Shown: positions 10,601 through 19,618 of the stretch, in pieces | Numbering within the stretch: position 1 is the stretch's first letter | Layout of the letters: every line of letters begins with the position of its first letter | Assembly (NCBI GenBank): GCA_041172025.1 | Contig: JBEDKT010000065.1 | Coordinates: 1 to 37,126 of the forward strand | From: Bacteroidota bacterium | GTDB lineage: Bacteria > Bacteroidota > Bacteroidia > Chitinophagales > Chitinophagaceae | Direction of reading: 5' to 3' | DNA: 37,126 nt | The notes under the pieces: model-generated | The model's input: only the letters and a program-made list of their open reading frames with translations | Database searches by the model: none | Told to the model about the DNA's origin: nothing | Made by a program: the position numbers and the translations under genes

Positions 10601-10754
10601 GCAGGTAAAAGAAGTGTGGGCTAAAATTCAAGCAAAAGATTTTTATACCGGTTGTGGCAAGCCAGAATGCCATTGGTGTAATTTTGTAAAAAGCAACGAA
10701 TTAGCTGTCGCATTACATGAAATTCCTAGTAATGACTTTGAAGAAACCGACTAA
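7602..10754 (+). CDS. UvrD/PcrA-type SF1A helicase fused to a C-terminal RecB-like PD-(D/E)XK nuclease
   Basis: Helicase motifs AGPGTGKT, DEFQD, VGDDDQSIFRFQGA, NYRS, THGSKGLEF, RLFYVAITRAK; nuclease motifs GAIDKIE, IDYKTG, QAVFY; four Cys (KCP...CGKPECHWC). Confidence 0.92.
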   Translation: MITKEEQLKAFEEVYKGLNAQQQIAVDTIEGPVMVIAGPGTGKTQILSARIGKIMLETDTAPENILCLTYTDAGAIAMRKRLVQFIGTSAYKVNIATFHSFCNDIIQDNLSLFDKTSLDPISELEKIELFKKLIDGFKKDNPLKRYRGDIYFEISNLSKLFSAMKKEGWTVAYLVERVARYLLEIPTREEFLYKRKTKQFEAGSVKQALVDAEVEKMEKLIAAVKEFDNYQQLMRDHNRYDFDDMINWVIKAFKENKNLLAQYQERFLYILVDEFQDTSGTQNELVQLLVNYWDQPNLFVVGDDDQSIFRFQGANVENMLHFQTQYASEILNIVLENNYRSTQPILDASTLLINNNQERLVNKIVGLEKKLIAALASNQINTSEPQIIKYNEPQEEMIDIAEQIVQLIEKGIAPKNIAVLFKENKYGEEIAHFLKQKNVPIYTKRTANLFDQVLIQQIIKVLDYLACELDQPYEGANILFEILHYKWWNISPITIAKLTFEANQAKYGTPGNSYRKVLVEKTQEIQTDMFSQGGLTEVAKAMSVLEDLIAQVSNVTLLNLVEQVLQKTGVIQSILKADDKGYALDVVTHFFDFIKEETHRNAKMQLSDLVEMLKLMQREAIRMPLPITTGNESGVNLLTTHGSKGLEFEYVFVAGTNAHYWEKKRSSNNTGYKLPDTVLTSLENADDKEELRRLFYVAITRAKKYLQVSYSQFRADGKEAEPSQFIIELLEGDERKIQTKTVTDQIRTTYKFLRLQTAPQPEIQQLEADFIGPKVEKFIMNVTALNNYLKCPLHFYYNSLIRVPSGKSEATTFGSAIHDALQRFFRKMQDNNNQFPDKQDLVQDFYHYMSRHREAFTQVEYKNRKEQGEMVLNNYYDKYINDWNKVVTTEYRINNVLLQGIPLKGAIDKIEFNGKQVVVIDYKTGSVENAKEKLLPPNEKNPLGGDYWRQAVFYKILLRGHPKNWEVEKAEFDFIEPNKKKEFEKIAVPIQEADITTVSQQVKEVWAKIQAKDFYTGCGKPECHWCNFVKSNELAVALHEIPSNDFEETD

Positions 10755-10794
10755 GAATACCCTTAATTTATAAAGGGTTATTAATAGAAACAAG

Positions 10795-10802
10795 TAAGTT
10801 TG
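10795..10802 (+). promoter_or_regulatory. -7 promoter element
   Basis: TAAGTTTG ending 5 nt before ATG 10808. Confidence 0.6.
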
Positions 10803-10807
10803 CATTA

Positions 10808-12232
10808 ATGATAAAATCTCCTACTTTGTTTGGACTATTATTAAGAAGTTTACTAGCTATGTACCTTGTACAATCCTTAGTTAGCTGTGCCAATATTGTA
10901 CCCCCTAGTGGTGGCCCAAGGGACAGCATCCCACCCTATTTACTTGTTGCAAAACCTAAGGATTCAGCTGTTAATGTGCAACCCAAGGAAATATGGTTGG
11001 CTTTTAATGAATATATAACAACTACGTCTATACAAGAAAACGTAATTGTATCCCCAAGTTTAAAAAACAACCCGCTAATAAGTTCAAAGTTAAATGTGTT
11101 AAGAATTAGGATTGCCGACACATTATTACCTAATACTACTTATAGCTTACAATTTGGAAATGCTATCAAGGATGTGAATGAAGGTAATATTGCCGAAAAT
11201 TATACTTATGCATTTAGCACAGGCAATACACTTGACACGGGTAGCTTAGAAGGCAGCGTTCAGCTTGCAGAAACAGGTCGCGTAGACAGCACCTTACTTG
11301 TAGTGCTTCACCCTGCTGGAGTTGATACCGCTATATACAAAAACAAACCACTTTATTACACCAGGTTAAATAAGCTGGGAAAGTTCAAGTTTTCCTATTT
11401 ACCAAATAAGGCATTTAATATTTTTGTGGTTCCAAACGATTTTACTAAAAAGTACGACGATAGTACTAAATTATTTGCCTTTGGAGATACGGTGATCACT
11501 ATTGCTGCACAAAATGCGATGGTTAACTTATATGCATTTCAAGCGTATAAAAAAACAGAGAAGAAAAAATTGACTCCTTTAATGAGTGGCAAGAAAGATG
11601 CTAAGCAAGCAGTTACCCCAATTAAATACAACAAAAGCTTAGAAGGTCTTGACCAAGATTTATTAATTCCCCTTAGTCTCACATTCGAAACGCCTATTCA
11701 ACTAAATGACAGTTTCCCTATCCAACTATGCGATACAAATAACCTACCATTAGGAGGCTATAAAATAACATTAGACAGTAGCACCAAACAAAAAATCACT
11801 ATTGACTATCCTTGGGTAGAACAAACTAAGATGCATTTAATAGTACCAAAAAATGGAATAAGTGATTCTTTAAAAAACACCTTACAAAAGTCGGACACCC
11901 TTCGCTTTGTTACTAAATCAACTGCCTCCTATGGTGCAAGTTTAATAAGGATTACAGGGTATCAGCAGTTTGTAAACCCAATTTTATTATTAACAAAAGA
12001 CGATAAGGTTTTATATAGCTACCCTATTTTAAAGAATTTATTAAATATTCCCTTATTGCCCCCGAATGAATATACTTTGAAAATATTAGAGGATAGGAAC
12101 GGGAATGGAGTATGGGATACTGGTAAATATGATACACAAAAACTACAAGCCGAAATCGTACATGTCCTAAAAGACAACTTGCTTATTAAACCTAATTGGG
12201 AGAATGAATTAAATTTGACCATTAATAAGTAA
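10808..12232 (+). CDS. Ig-like (Big_5) domain lipoprotein
   Basis: Lipobox LVSC followed by [14 protein letters not shown]; [23 protein letters not shown]; late [10 protein letters not shown]. Confidence 0.82.
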   Translation: MIKSPTLFGLLLRSLLAMYLVQSLVSCANIVPPSGGPRDSIPPYLLVAKPKDSAVNVQPKEIWLAFNEYITTTSIQENVIVSPSLKNNPLISSKLNVLRIRIADTLLPNTTYSLQFGNAIKDVNEGNIAENYTYAFSTGNTLDTGSLEGSVQLAETGRVDSTLLVVLHPAGVDTAIYKNKPLYYTRLNKLGKFKFSYLPNKAFNIFVVPNDFTKKYDDSTKLFAFGDTVITIAAQNAMVNLYAFQAYKKTEKKKLTPLMSGKKDAKQAVTPIKYNKSLEGLDQDLLIPLSLTFETPIQLNDSFPIQLCDTNNLPLGGYKITLDSSTKQKITIDYPWVEQTKMHLIVPKNGISDSLKNTLQKSDTLRFVTKSTASYGASLIRITGYQQFVNPILLLTKDDKVLYSYPILKNLLNIPLLPPNEYTLKILEDRNGNGVWDTGKYDTQKLQAEIVHVLKDNLLIKPNWENELNLTINK

Positions 12233-12254
12233 TTTTACCCTTCTACTTTCAATT

Positions 12255-12869
12255 ATGCAATTACCTTCTTCCTTGTTAGAAAATGCGGTGGCTGAATTTT
12301 CCAAACTACCTGGCATTGGCAAAAAAACCGCCTTGCGCTTGGTATTGCATTTACTAAAACAAGAACCCGAAGTCACCAATCAGTTTGGAGAGACATTAAT
12401 GAAAATGCGAAAGGAAATTCAATTTTGCCAAAACTGTTATAATATAAGTGATGGTAAAATTTGTTCTATTTGTGCAAACACGGGAAGGCAAAAAAATGTT
12501 ATTTGTGTAGTTGAAAATATCAGAGACGTAATAGCAATTGAAAATACACAACAATACAATGGGACTTACCATGTATTGGGAGGGATTATTTCGCCATTGG
12601 ACGGCATTGGTCCAGAACAATTGACAATTGATTCCCTCATAGAAAGAGTGAAAAAAGAAGAAGTAACTGAGCTAATTTTTGCACTAAACCCTACTATTCA
12701 AGGAGATACGACTATTTATTATATACAAAAGAAGCTCGCCAATACTACTTGCAAGGTGACTACAATCGCGCGCGGGATTGCTTTTGGAGGAGAATTGGAA
12801 TACGCTGATGAAATGACACTTGGAAAGAGCATTTCAAATAGACAGCCAATCCAACAATACATAAAATAG
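12255..12869 (+). CDS. recR: Recombination mediator RecR
   Basis: Hh[13 protein letters not shown]4 zinc finger CQNC...CSIC, Toprim [27 protein letters not shown]. Confidence 0.97.
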   Translation: MQLPSSLLENAVAEFSKLPGIGKKTALRLVLHLLKQEPEVTNQFGETLMKMRKEIQFCQNCYNISDGKICSICANTGRQKNVICVVENIRDVIAIENTQQYNGTYHVLGGIISPLDGIGPEQLTIDSLIERVKKEEVTELIFALNPTIQGDTTIYYIQKKLANTTCKVTTIARGIAFGGELEYADEMTLGKSISNRQPIQQYIK

Positions 12870-12914
12870 GAAATTCCAAAACAATACTATATTTTTGATG
12901 TTCAAACATTGACT

Positions 12915-13448
12915 ATGAAAAAAGTAATATCCACGCTATTTATTTTGGGCTTTGTACTAACTCAATTATCGGCGCAAAAAAATTATAGTACTAATACTGC
13001 ACAAGTTCGTTTTATAGCTGTGGACGACAAAGACATTGACGCAGTAAACAATGCTGCAGTGAGTCGCCTAGAAGCTAATGGTGACCTAAGTTTCATAATG
13101 CTAATGAAGGGCTTTAAGTTTGACATGGAAACAATGCAGGAACATTTTAACGAAGAATATGTAGAAAGTGACAAGTTTCCTCGTGCCCTATTCAATGGTA
13201 AAATAACAAATTTCAAAACTGTCAATTTTAAGAAAGACGGTACTTACCCAGTAACAGTTGAGGGAAATATGCAGGTGCATGGCGTGAACAAAGCTGTCCA
13301 AACCAATGGCATTATTGAAATTAAGGGAGGTGTCCCAAAAGCAACGGCTAAATTCACAGTGGCCTTAAAGGACTTTAATATTGGTGGAATACTGATTAAA
13401 ATGGTTGCTAACAAAATTGACATTCAAGTAACTGCCACCTATCAATAA
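12915..13448 (+). CDS. YceI family lipid/polyisoprenoid-binding secreted protein
   Basis: Signal peptide MKKVIS...; MQEHFNEEYVESDKFP, G.MQVHGV; TATTTTTG -7 element at 12890-12897. Confidence 0.88.
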   Translation: MKKVISTLFILGFVLTQLSAQKNYSTNTAQVRFIAVDDKDIDAVNNAAVSRLEANGDLSFIMLMKGFKFDMETMQEHFNEEYVESDKFPRALFNGKITNFKTVNFKKDGTYPVTVEGNMQVHGVNKAVQTNGIIEIKGGVPKATAKFTVALKDFNIGGILIKMVANKIDIQVTATYQ

Positions 13449-13471
13449 AGTTACCGAATAATTAAGGGCCC

Positions 13472-13502
13472 CTTGCAGCATAATTTGGCTGCAAGCTATT
13501 TG
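13472..13502 (+). terminator. Possible terminator hairpin after the YceI gene
   Basis: CTTGCAGC-N8-GCTGCAAG stem followed by a weak T-rich tail; overlaps the -33 element of the metH promoter. Confidence 0.45.
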
Positions 13503-13515
13503 TATATTACCTTCG
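13484..13515 (+). promoter_or_regulatory. Putative metH promoter (-33/-7)
   Basis: TTTG (13484-13487), 20-nt spacer, TACCTTCG (13508-13515; one mismatch to TAnnTTTG). Confidence 0.65.
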
Positions 13516-13526
13516 CTCCGCATTGC

Positions 13527-13627
13527 AGGGGATTTGTTTATTGTTCAACCTGCCATCCGTAAGGAAAAAGAACTAATAAACGATACAATTATCGCCCCCC
13601 TATTTCTTTTTCTGTTTGGATGACGCA
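13527..13627 (+). ncRNA. Candidate structured cis-regulatory RNA (riboswitch-like leader) of metH
   Basis: Nested stems AGGGG/CCCCT, GTTTATTGTTC/GAAC(T)AATAAAC, TCC-GTAA-GGA and GATA-CAAT-TATC; alternative 17/19-bp helix between 13554-13572 and 13604-13622. Confidence 0.6.
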
Positions 13628-13647
13628 TTAAAAAATAATGTAGTATT

Positions 13648-14661
13648 ATGTCCATTCAAGCAGCGCTTAAAGAGCGAATTTTAGTTATAGATGGTGCCAT
13701 GGGCACTATGATCCAACGTCACAAATTAACGGAAGAAGATTACCGAGGTACCCGCTTTGCCGACTGGCCAAGTGATGTAAAAGGGAATAACGACTTACTA
13801 TGTATTACTCAGCCCGCCATCATCACAGGGATACATTTACAATATTTAGAAGCAGGTGCAGATATTATTGAGACCAATACCTTTAGTAGTACTTCCATTG
13901 CAATGGCCGACTATGATATGCAAGCATTGGCTTATGAATTAAATATAGCAGCAGCTAAATGTGCGAAGGACGCTATTACACAATACAAATCAAAACATCC
14001 AAACTCAAAACAAAAATTTGTTGCTGGATCCATTGGGCCCTTGAATAAAACATTGAGTTTATCTCCTGATGTAAATAACCCAGGCTTTCGTGCAGTAACA
14101 TTTGATGAAGTAGTTACTTCTTATACCGAACAAATTAAAGGCTTGGTTGATGGCGATGTGGATGTGATTTTAATTGAAACTATTTTTGATACTTTAAATG
14201 CAAAGGCAGCCATTTTTGCTGTGAAAGAATTTTTTAGAAAAGAAGGAAAGCCTGAATTACCAATGATGATTAGTGGTACCATTACCGACGCTTCGGGTCG
14301 TACATTAAGTGGTCAAACTTTGGAAGCTTTTTATACCTCCATCGAACATGCAAAACCATTAAGTGTTGGGTTAAACTGTGCATTGGGTGCGCAAGAAATG
14401 AGAAGTCATATTGAGGAACTTTCACAAATCGCAGTTTGCTATACTTCGGCTTATCCCAATGCGGGACTTCCAAATGCGATGGGAGAATATGACGAAGAAC
14501 CACATCAAACAGCACATTTTATTGAAGAATGGGCCAAGAATAAATTTGTAAATATAGTAGGTGGCTGTTGTGGCACTACTCCTGACCATATTAAACATAT
14601 GGCGGACAATGTAAAAAATATTACGCCGAGGGCCTTACCTATTGTTGACACAACTATTTAA
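13648..14661 (+). CDS. metH: Methionine synthase, N-terminal homocysteine-binding (S-methyltransferase) subunit
   Basis: [20 protein letters not shown], Zn ligands GLNCALG and GGCCGTTP. Confidence 0.95.
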   Translation: MSIQAALKERILVIDGAMGTMIQRHKLTEEDYRGTRFADWPSDVKGNNDLLCITQPAIITGIHLQYLEAGADIIETNTFSSTSIAMADYDMQALAYELNIAAAKCAKDAITQYKSKHPNSKQKFVAGSIGPLNKTLSLSPDVNNPGFRAVTFDEVVTSYTEQIKGLVDGDVDVILIETIFDTLNAKAAIFAVKEFFRKEGKPELPMMISGTITDASGRTLSGQTLEAFYTSIEHAKPLSVGLNCALGAQEMRSHIEELSQIAVCYTSAYPNAGLPNAMGEYDEEPHQTAHFIEEWAKNKFVNIVGGCCGTTPDHIKHMADNVKNITPRALPIVDTTI

Positions 14662-14665
14662 TTTT

Positions 14666-17377
14666 ATGAGCGAAGAAATAATACATATTAAGCCTTATTT
14701 AAGATTAGCAGGATTAGAACCATTAGTGATTCGTCCCGAAACTAATTTTGTGAACGTGGGTGAAAGAACCAACGTGACTGGATCCAAAAAATTTGCGCGT
14801 TTAATACGAGAAAATTTATATGAAGAAGCATTATCTGTAGCACGCCAACAAGTAGAAAGTGGCGCACAGGTAATTGATGTAAATATGGACGATGCTTTAT
14901 TAGAAGGCGTAAAGGCCATGACTACTTTTTTAAACTTAATGCAAAGCGAACCTGACATTGCACGTATCCCTATAATGATTGATAGCTCAAAATTTGAAAT
15001 CATTGAAGCCGGATTAAAATGTGTGCAAGGAAAGTGTATCGTGAATTCTATTTCCATGAAGGAAGGTGAAGCTAAGTTTATCGAACAAGCGCATATTTGT
15101 AAAGCGTATGGAGCTGCAGTAATTGTTATGGCATTTGACGAAGTTGGACAAGCGGACACCAAGGAAAGAAAAATTGAAATATGCAGTCGCGCTTATAAAA
15201 TATTAGTAGAGCAAGTTGGATTTGATCCTCAGGATATTATTTTCGATCCTAACGTTTTTGCAGTTGCCACTGGTATTGAAGAACACAATAATTATGCAGT
15301 CGATTTTATTGAAGCAACACGGGTAATTAAACAAAGAATGCCACTAGCAAAAGTGAGCGGTGGCGTTTCTAATGTGTCTTTTTCGTTCCGAGGAAACGAT
15401 GCAGTTAGAGAAGCAATTCATGCAGTATTTTTATTCCATGCAATAAAGGCTGGAATGGATATGGGTATTGTAAATGCAGGACAGTTAGAAATATACGATG
15501 AGATAGAACCTGTTTTAAGAAATTTATGCGAGGATGTAATTTTAAACAGAAATAACGAAAACAACGAAGCAACAGAAGCGTTAATACAATATGCAGAAAC
15601 TGTTAAAGCAAAAGGTAAAGTAGAAGTAAAAAGCGCAGCATGGCGTGAAGGAACTGTTGAAGAAAGGCTAGCACATTCACTAATAAACGGAATTACCGAT
15701 TTTATAGACGCCGATACAGAAGAAGCACGTTTAAAATATAGTGCGCCATTAGAAGTTATTGAAGGCCCTTTAATGGCGGGAATGAACCAAGTGGGTGATT
15801 TGTTTGGAGCAGGTAAAATGTTTTTACCACAAGTAGTAAAAAGCGCGCGTGTAATGAAAAAAAGCGTTGCTGTATTGACTCCGTTTATTGAAGCAGAAAA
15901 AGAAAGATTAAAACTAGCCTCAACTAGCCCTAATGGAGTAACAAAAGGACCTGCAAAAATACTACTCGCTACTGTAAAAGGAGATGTGCATGATATTGGT
16001 AAAAATATTGTGGGCGTAGTTTTGGGATGTAATGGCTATGAAATTATTGATATTGGTGTAATGGTACCTGCTGATAAAATATTAGCAGAAGCCGAAAAGC
16101 ACCAAGTGGACATTATTGGATTAAGCGGATTAATTACCCCATCATTAGACGAAATGGTTCACATAGCTAAAGAAATGAAGCGTCGCGGAATGACAATTCC
16201 ATTAATGATTGGTGGCGCTACTACTTCAAGAATGCATACTGCAGTAAAAATTGCTCCTGAATATGGAGACGGGGTGATACATGTACTAGATGCTTCACGT
16301 AGTGTAACAGTTGCAGGATCCTTATTAAACAAGGATCAGAAAAAACCATTTCTTGCTGAATTAGAAAAATCATATATCCAACTAAAGGCCGACTTTGATA
16401 CGAAAAGAACAACTAAGCAATCCTTGCCATACGCAGCAGCTTTAAAAAATAAAGTACAAATAGATTGGTCAAATTTTAGTGTCACCAAACCCAGTTTTAC
16501 GGGTAATAAGGCCATTGAAATTACCGACTTGTCGGTATTGGTAGATTATATCGACTGGAAACCATTCTTTATTGCTTGGGAATTACATGGAAACTTTCCT
16601 GCAATTTTAACTGATGGAGTTGTGGGTGAAGTGGCAAGTAAATTATATGCCGATGCACGCGCTTTGTTAGATACCATAGTGAAAGAAAAATGGTTGACAG
16701 CAAAAGGTGCGGTAGGCTTTTGGCCAGCAGCAGCAGTGAACGATGATGTGCTTGTACAAAACAACGGAACACAAACTCCATTACATTTTTTAAGACAACA
16801 AGCAGTTAAAGCCGCAGGCCAACCGAACTATTCATTGGCCGATTTCATTTGTCCAGCAAGCGAAGACAAAGAAGACTATATAGGCGCATTTGCGGTAACC
16901 ATTCATGGCATTGAAAAACATATTAAAGCATTTGAAGAAAATTTAGATGACTACAATAAAATTATATTACAAGCATTAGCAGATAGGCTTGCAGAAGCCT
17001 TTGCCGAATACTTGCATACAAAAACTAGGAAAGAATATTGGGGATATGCAAAAGACGAAGTGTTAGATAACGAAGCTTTAATTAAAGAAAGCTATGTGGG
17101 TATTCGTCCAGCACCAGGCTATCCTGCTTGCCCTGACCATACCGAAAAATACACGCTATTCAATTTATTAGAGACTGAAAAGCATACAGGCATTACACTC
17201 ACTGAAAGCTTGGCCATGTATCCAGCATCAAGTGTTTGTGGATGGTATTTTGCAAATCCACAAAGTCAATATTTTGGATTAGGAAAAATTGGACAGGACC
17301 AGGTTGCTGACTATACAATTAGGAAAAAGCAGACACTAGAATATATCACAAGATGGCTACAACCAGTGATTGACTAA
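14666..17377 (+). CDS. metH: Cobalamin-dependent methionine synthase, pterin-, B12-binding and activation domains
   Basis: [29 protein letters not shown]12 motif DVHDIGKN...SGL...[15 protein letters not shown]; start ATG 14666. Confidence 0.96.
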   Translation: MSEEIIHIKPYLRLAGLEPLVIRPETNFVNVGERTNVTGSKKFARLIRENLYEEALSVARQQVESGAQVIDVNMDDALLEGVKAMTTFLNLMQSEPDIARIPIMIDSSKFEIIEAGLKCVQGKCIVNSISMKEGEAKFIEQAHICKAYGAAVIVMAFDEVGQADTKERKIEICSRAYKILVEQVGFDPQDIIFDPNVFAVATGIEEHNNYAVDFIEATRVIKQRMPLAKVSGGVSNVSFSFRGNDAVREAIHAVFLFHAIKAGMDMGIVNAGQLEIYDEIEPVLRNLCEDVILNRNNENNEATEALIQYAETVKAKGKVEVKSAAWREGTVEERLAHSLINGITDFIDADTEEARLKYSAPLEVIEGPLMAGMNQVGDLFGAGKMFLPQVVKSARVMKKSVAVLTPFIEAEKERLKLASTSPNGVTKGPAKILLATVKGDVHDIGKNIVGVVLGCNGYEIIDIGVMVPADKILAEAEKHQVDIIGLSGLITPSLDEMVHIAKEMKRRGMTIPLMIGGATTSRMHTAVKIAPEYGDGVIHVLDASRSVTVAGSLLNKDQKKPFLAELEKSYIQLKADFDTKRTTKQSLPYAAALKNKVQIDWSNFSVTKPSFTGNKAIEITDLSVLVDYIDWKPFFIAWELHGNFPAILTDGVVGEVASKLYADARALLDTIVKEKWLTAKGAVGFWPAAAVNDDVLVQNNGTQTPLHFLRQQAVKAAGQPNYSLADFICPASEDKEDYIGAFAVTIHGIEKHIKAFEENLDDYNKIILQALADRLAEAFAEYLHTKTRKEYWGYAKDEVLDNEALIKESYVGIRPAPGYPACPDHTEKYTLFNLLETEKHTGITLTESLAMYPASSVCGWYFANPQSQYFGLGKIGQDQVADYTIRKKQTLEYITRWLQPVID

Positions 17378-18127
17378 TTATACTCTTTCGAATAACCACC
17401 ATAGGCGTTTACGAGGCTTAGCTTTGTAATTGGCCCCCATGTATTTTTTAATATACTCGATTGCTTCCTGTGTATCGTCAGTGAATAAAATAAAATCTTT
17501 ATCTTCTGGTGAAATAGTACCTCCTTCTATCATATGTTCCATCCAATGTCGGAATGGTTCGTAAAATTCTTTCCCCATCACTACAATTGGGAAATCTTTA
17601 ATCACTTTGGTTTGTATTAGGGTAAGCGTTTCAAAAAATTCATCTTGGGTGCCAAAACCACCTGGCATAATAACAAAAGCATATGAGTATTTCACTAACA
17701 ATACTTTCCTAACAAAGAATAAATCAATAGTGATGGACCTATGCACATATGGATTTGGTTCTTGCTCATAGGGTAATTTAATATTACAACCTATTGATTT
17801 ACCCCCGTTTTCAAAAGCACCTCTATTGGCTGCTTCCATAATGCCAGGGCCACCGCCTGTGATAGTCGTAAATCCCGAAGCTGCTATTTGCTTCCCCATG
17901 TCCCGTGCAAGTATATAAAAGGGATGATCTTCTTTAAACCTTGCCGATCCAAAAACAGTAATACAAGGACCAATAAAGTGCAAGGCCCTGAATCCTTTAA
18001 TAAATTGTATGAATATTGTTAAAGCAAAGCCTAATTCATGAAGCCTTGATTTTGGTCCTTCTAACCCATACGATTTAATGGCAGGGATTATACGACGCTT
18101 TTTCTGAGTATTGGTATCCTCGTTCAT
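17378..18127 (-). CDS. LOG/TIGR00730 family Rossmann-fold nucleotide phosphoribohydrolase
   Basis: VFGSAR, TGGGPGIMEAANRGA, FFVRK, PGGFGTQDE (PGGxGTxDE type). Confidence 0.9.
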   Translation of the reverse strand: MNEDTNTQKKRRIIPAIKSYGLEGPKSRLHELGFALTIFIQFIKGFRALHFIGPCITVFGSARFKEDHPFYILARDMGKQIAASGFTTITGGGPGIMEAANRGAFENGGKSIGCNIKLPYEQEPNPYVHRSITIDLFFVRKVLLVKYSYAFVIMPGGFGTQDEFFETLTLIQTKVIKDFPIVVMGKEFYEPFRHWMEHMIEGGTISPEDKDFILFTDDTQEAIEYIKKYMGANYKAKPRKRLWWLFERV

Positions 18128-18214
18128 AAACAATAAAAATTAACAAATTCAATAGTGTAAAGTTAAAATAAATAATGAAGTTGTATTCCTTAAATTAACT
18201 AAATTTGAAACTGG

Positions 18215-19606
18215 ATGAATCGTAAAGCTATGAAGAAAATGAGACGCGTTGTACTACTAATTTTAATTACTTGTACTTACCTTAATGGAATTTCGCAAAA
18301 TAATTTAGTGGTAGAACAAATTCAGGTTTATTCTTCCTTAAACCCGAATGCCACTTATTGGCAATTGCCAACTAATGTTAATCCAATATTGGCCGCACTA
18401 GACAAAGGCTATTTTTCGGAACTGAATTTGCAAAGAGAAAAAAACTATCCCCTTGTTCAAAAGACATTAACCAAGTTGAATCAAATGGGCAAAATAGTTA
18501 TCGACTGGAAAAATAGTAGTACCATACCCTACCATGCTTATTTAGAATTGTACGAAGTGTCGGCCGACTTCGCATATAAAAATAACCTAGTTGATATTCC
18601 ATTAAATAAAAGAGACAGTGTGCACTCCTTCTGGCTAATTGGCTGCAGTATTTTTAATCAGGAGAAAGAAAAAGTAAATGCTAAAAATATTTTATTGGGA
18701 TTGCTTCCTATTCAGTCCTTGGGAATGGGGTATACGATTACTACATCGGCTGGTGTTCCTACAAGCATCTATCAGGCAGTCATAAAAGGCATTTCCTTGC
18801 TTTCTATAAATTCAGGCGAACTAGACTATATAGAAGCCAAAATGCCAATGGCCTATGCAATCGATAATTACTGGATGCCTTTAATACACAACCAACCGAG
18901 AACTATTATTGATACTGCTAAAGGCTTTCTTTCTTTCGCAAAAGAGGACGGAAACCATTTATTAAGAATTCCTAATGCCGTATTGAACAAAATAAATACA
19001 AGAGACAGAACAACAAATAATCCGTTTAGCGATATAGTTACTTATATAAAGAAAAACAGGTCCAACACCAATAGCAACGAGTACTACCAAGTAATCCAGG
19101 CATTAAGAGATGTTACAAATAATATTGATTACACCATCAAAGGCTATATTGAATTTGATAATATTGGACTTAAGAATGAATGGGAAACTAGTAATGCAAT
19201 TGTTTTTTTACCTGATTCAATGCATACAATTTACCAAGGCAATGATAGTGTTGGGAATTTTAGCGTAAAGGAAAATGTAATAGAAAAAAATAAATCCTAT
19301 AACCCCAATATCATTTATAATGGTTATGATTCTACCAAACAATACGCGCTGAATACCTTTTTTGCTACGCAGCCAATAATACATTCAAGAATTATTGAGG
19401 GGAAAATAAAAAACCACAGTTTCACTATTCAACTTAATTATGAAAATAATATAAACACAATATTACTTGATAATAAAATTGTTTTAGTGACAGGTGGGCA
19501 AAAGAAACCAGTACAAATGGTTGCCGCCCAAAATAGTGCCGACCCAATACTACTTGACTTACTACTACTTATGGCGAGTAGTGAAATTTTTCAATACCCT
19601 TCATAA
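18215..19606 (+). CDS. Hypothetical secreted protein
   Basis: 463-aa ORF with signal peptide (start could also be 18230 or 18239); TAAATTTG -7 element at 18200-18207; no motif recognised. Confidence 0.7.
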   Translation: MNRKAMKKMRRVVLLILITCTYLNGISQNNLVVEQIQVYSSLNPNATYWQLPTNVNPILAALDKGYFSELNLQREKNYPLVQKTLTKLNQMGKIVIDWKNSSTIPYHAYLELYEVSADFAYKNNLVDIPLNKRDSVHSFWLIGCSIFNQEKEKVNAKNILLGLLPIQSLGMGYTITTSAGVPTSIYQAVIKGISLLSINSGELDYIEAKMPMAYAIDNYWMPLIHNQPRTIIDTAKGFLSFAKEDGNHLLRIPNAVLNKINTRDRTTNNPFSDIVTYIKKNRSNTNSNEYYQVIQALRDVTNNIDYTIKGYIEFDNIGLKNEWETSNAIVFLPDSMHTIYQGNDSVGNFSVKENVIEKNKSYNPNIIYNGYDSTKQYALNTFFATQPIIHSRIIEGKIKNHSFTIQLNYENNINTILLDNKIVLVTGGQKKPVQMVAAQNSADPILLDLLLLMASSEIFQYPS

Positions 19607-19618
19607 GCCCCATTTTTT

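Noticed and set aside
9950-10690. Cas4-like nuclease domain as a sign of CRISPR or anti-phage defence
   Set aside because: It is fused to a housekeeping-type UvrD helicase, and there are no repeat-spacer arrays, cas genes or defence-island context
13548-13554. ACCTGCC resembles the 3' end of the cobalamin riboswitch B12 box
   Set aside because: The preceding AGYCAG part, the GGGAA motif and the kissing-loop helices are absent, and only ~30 nt separate it from the inferred TSS
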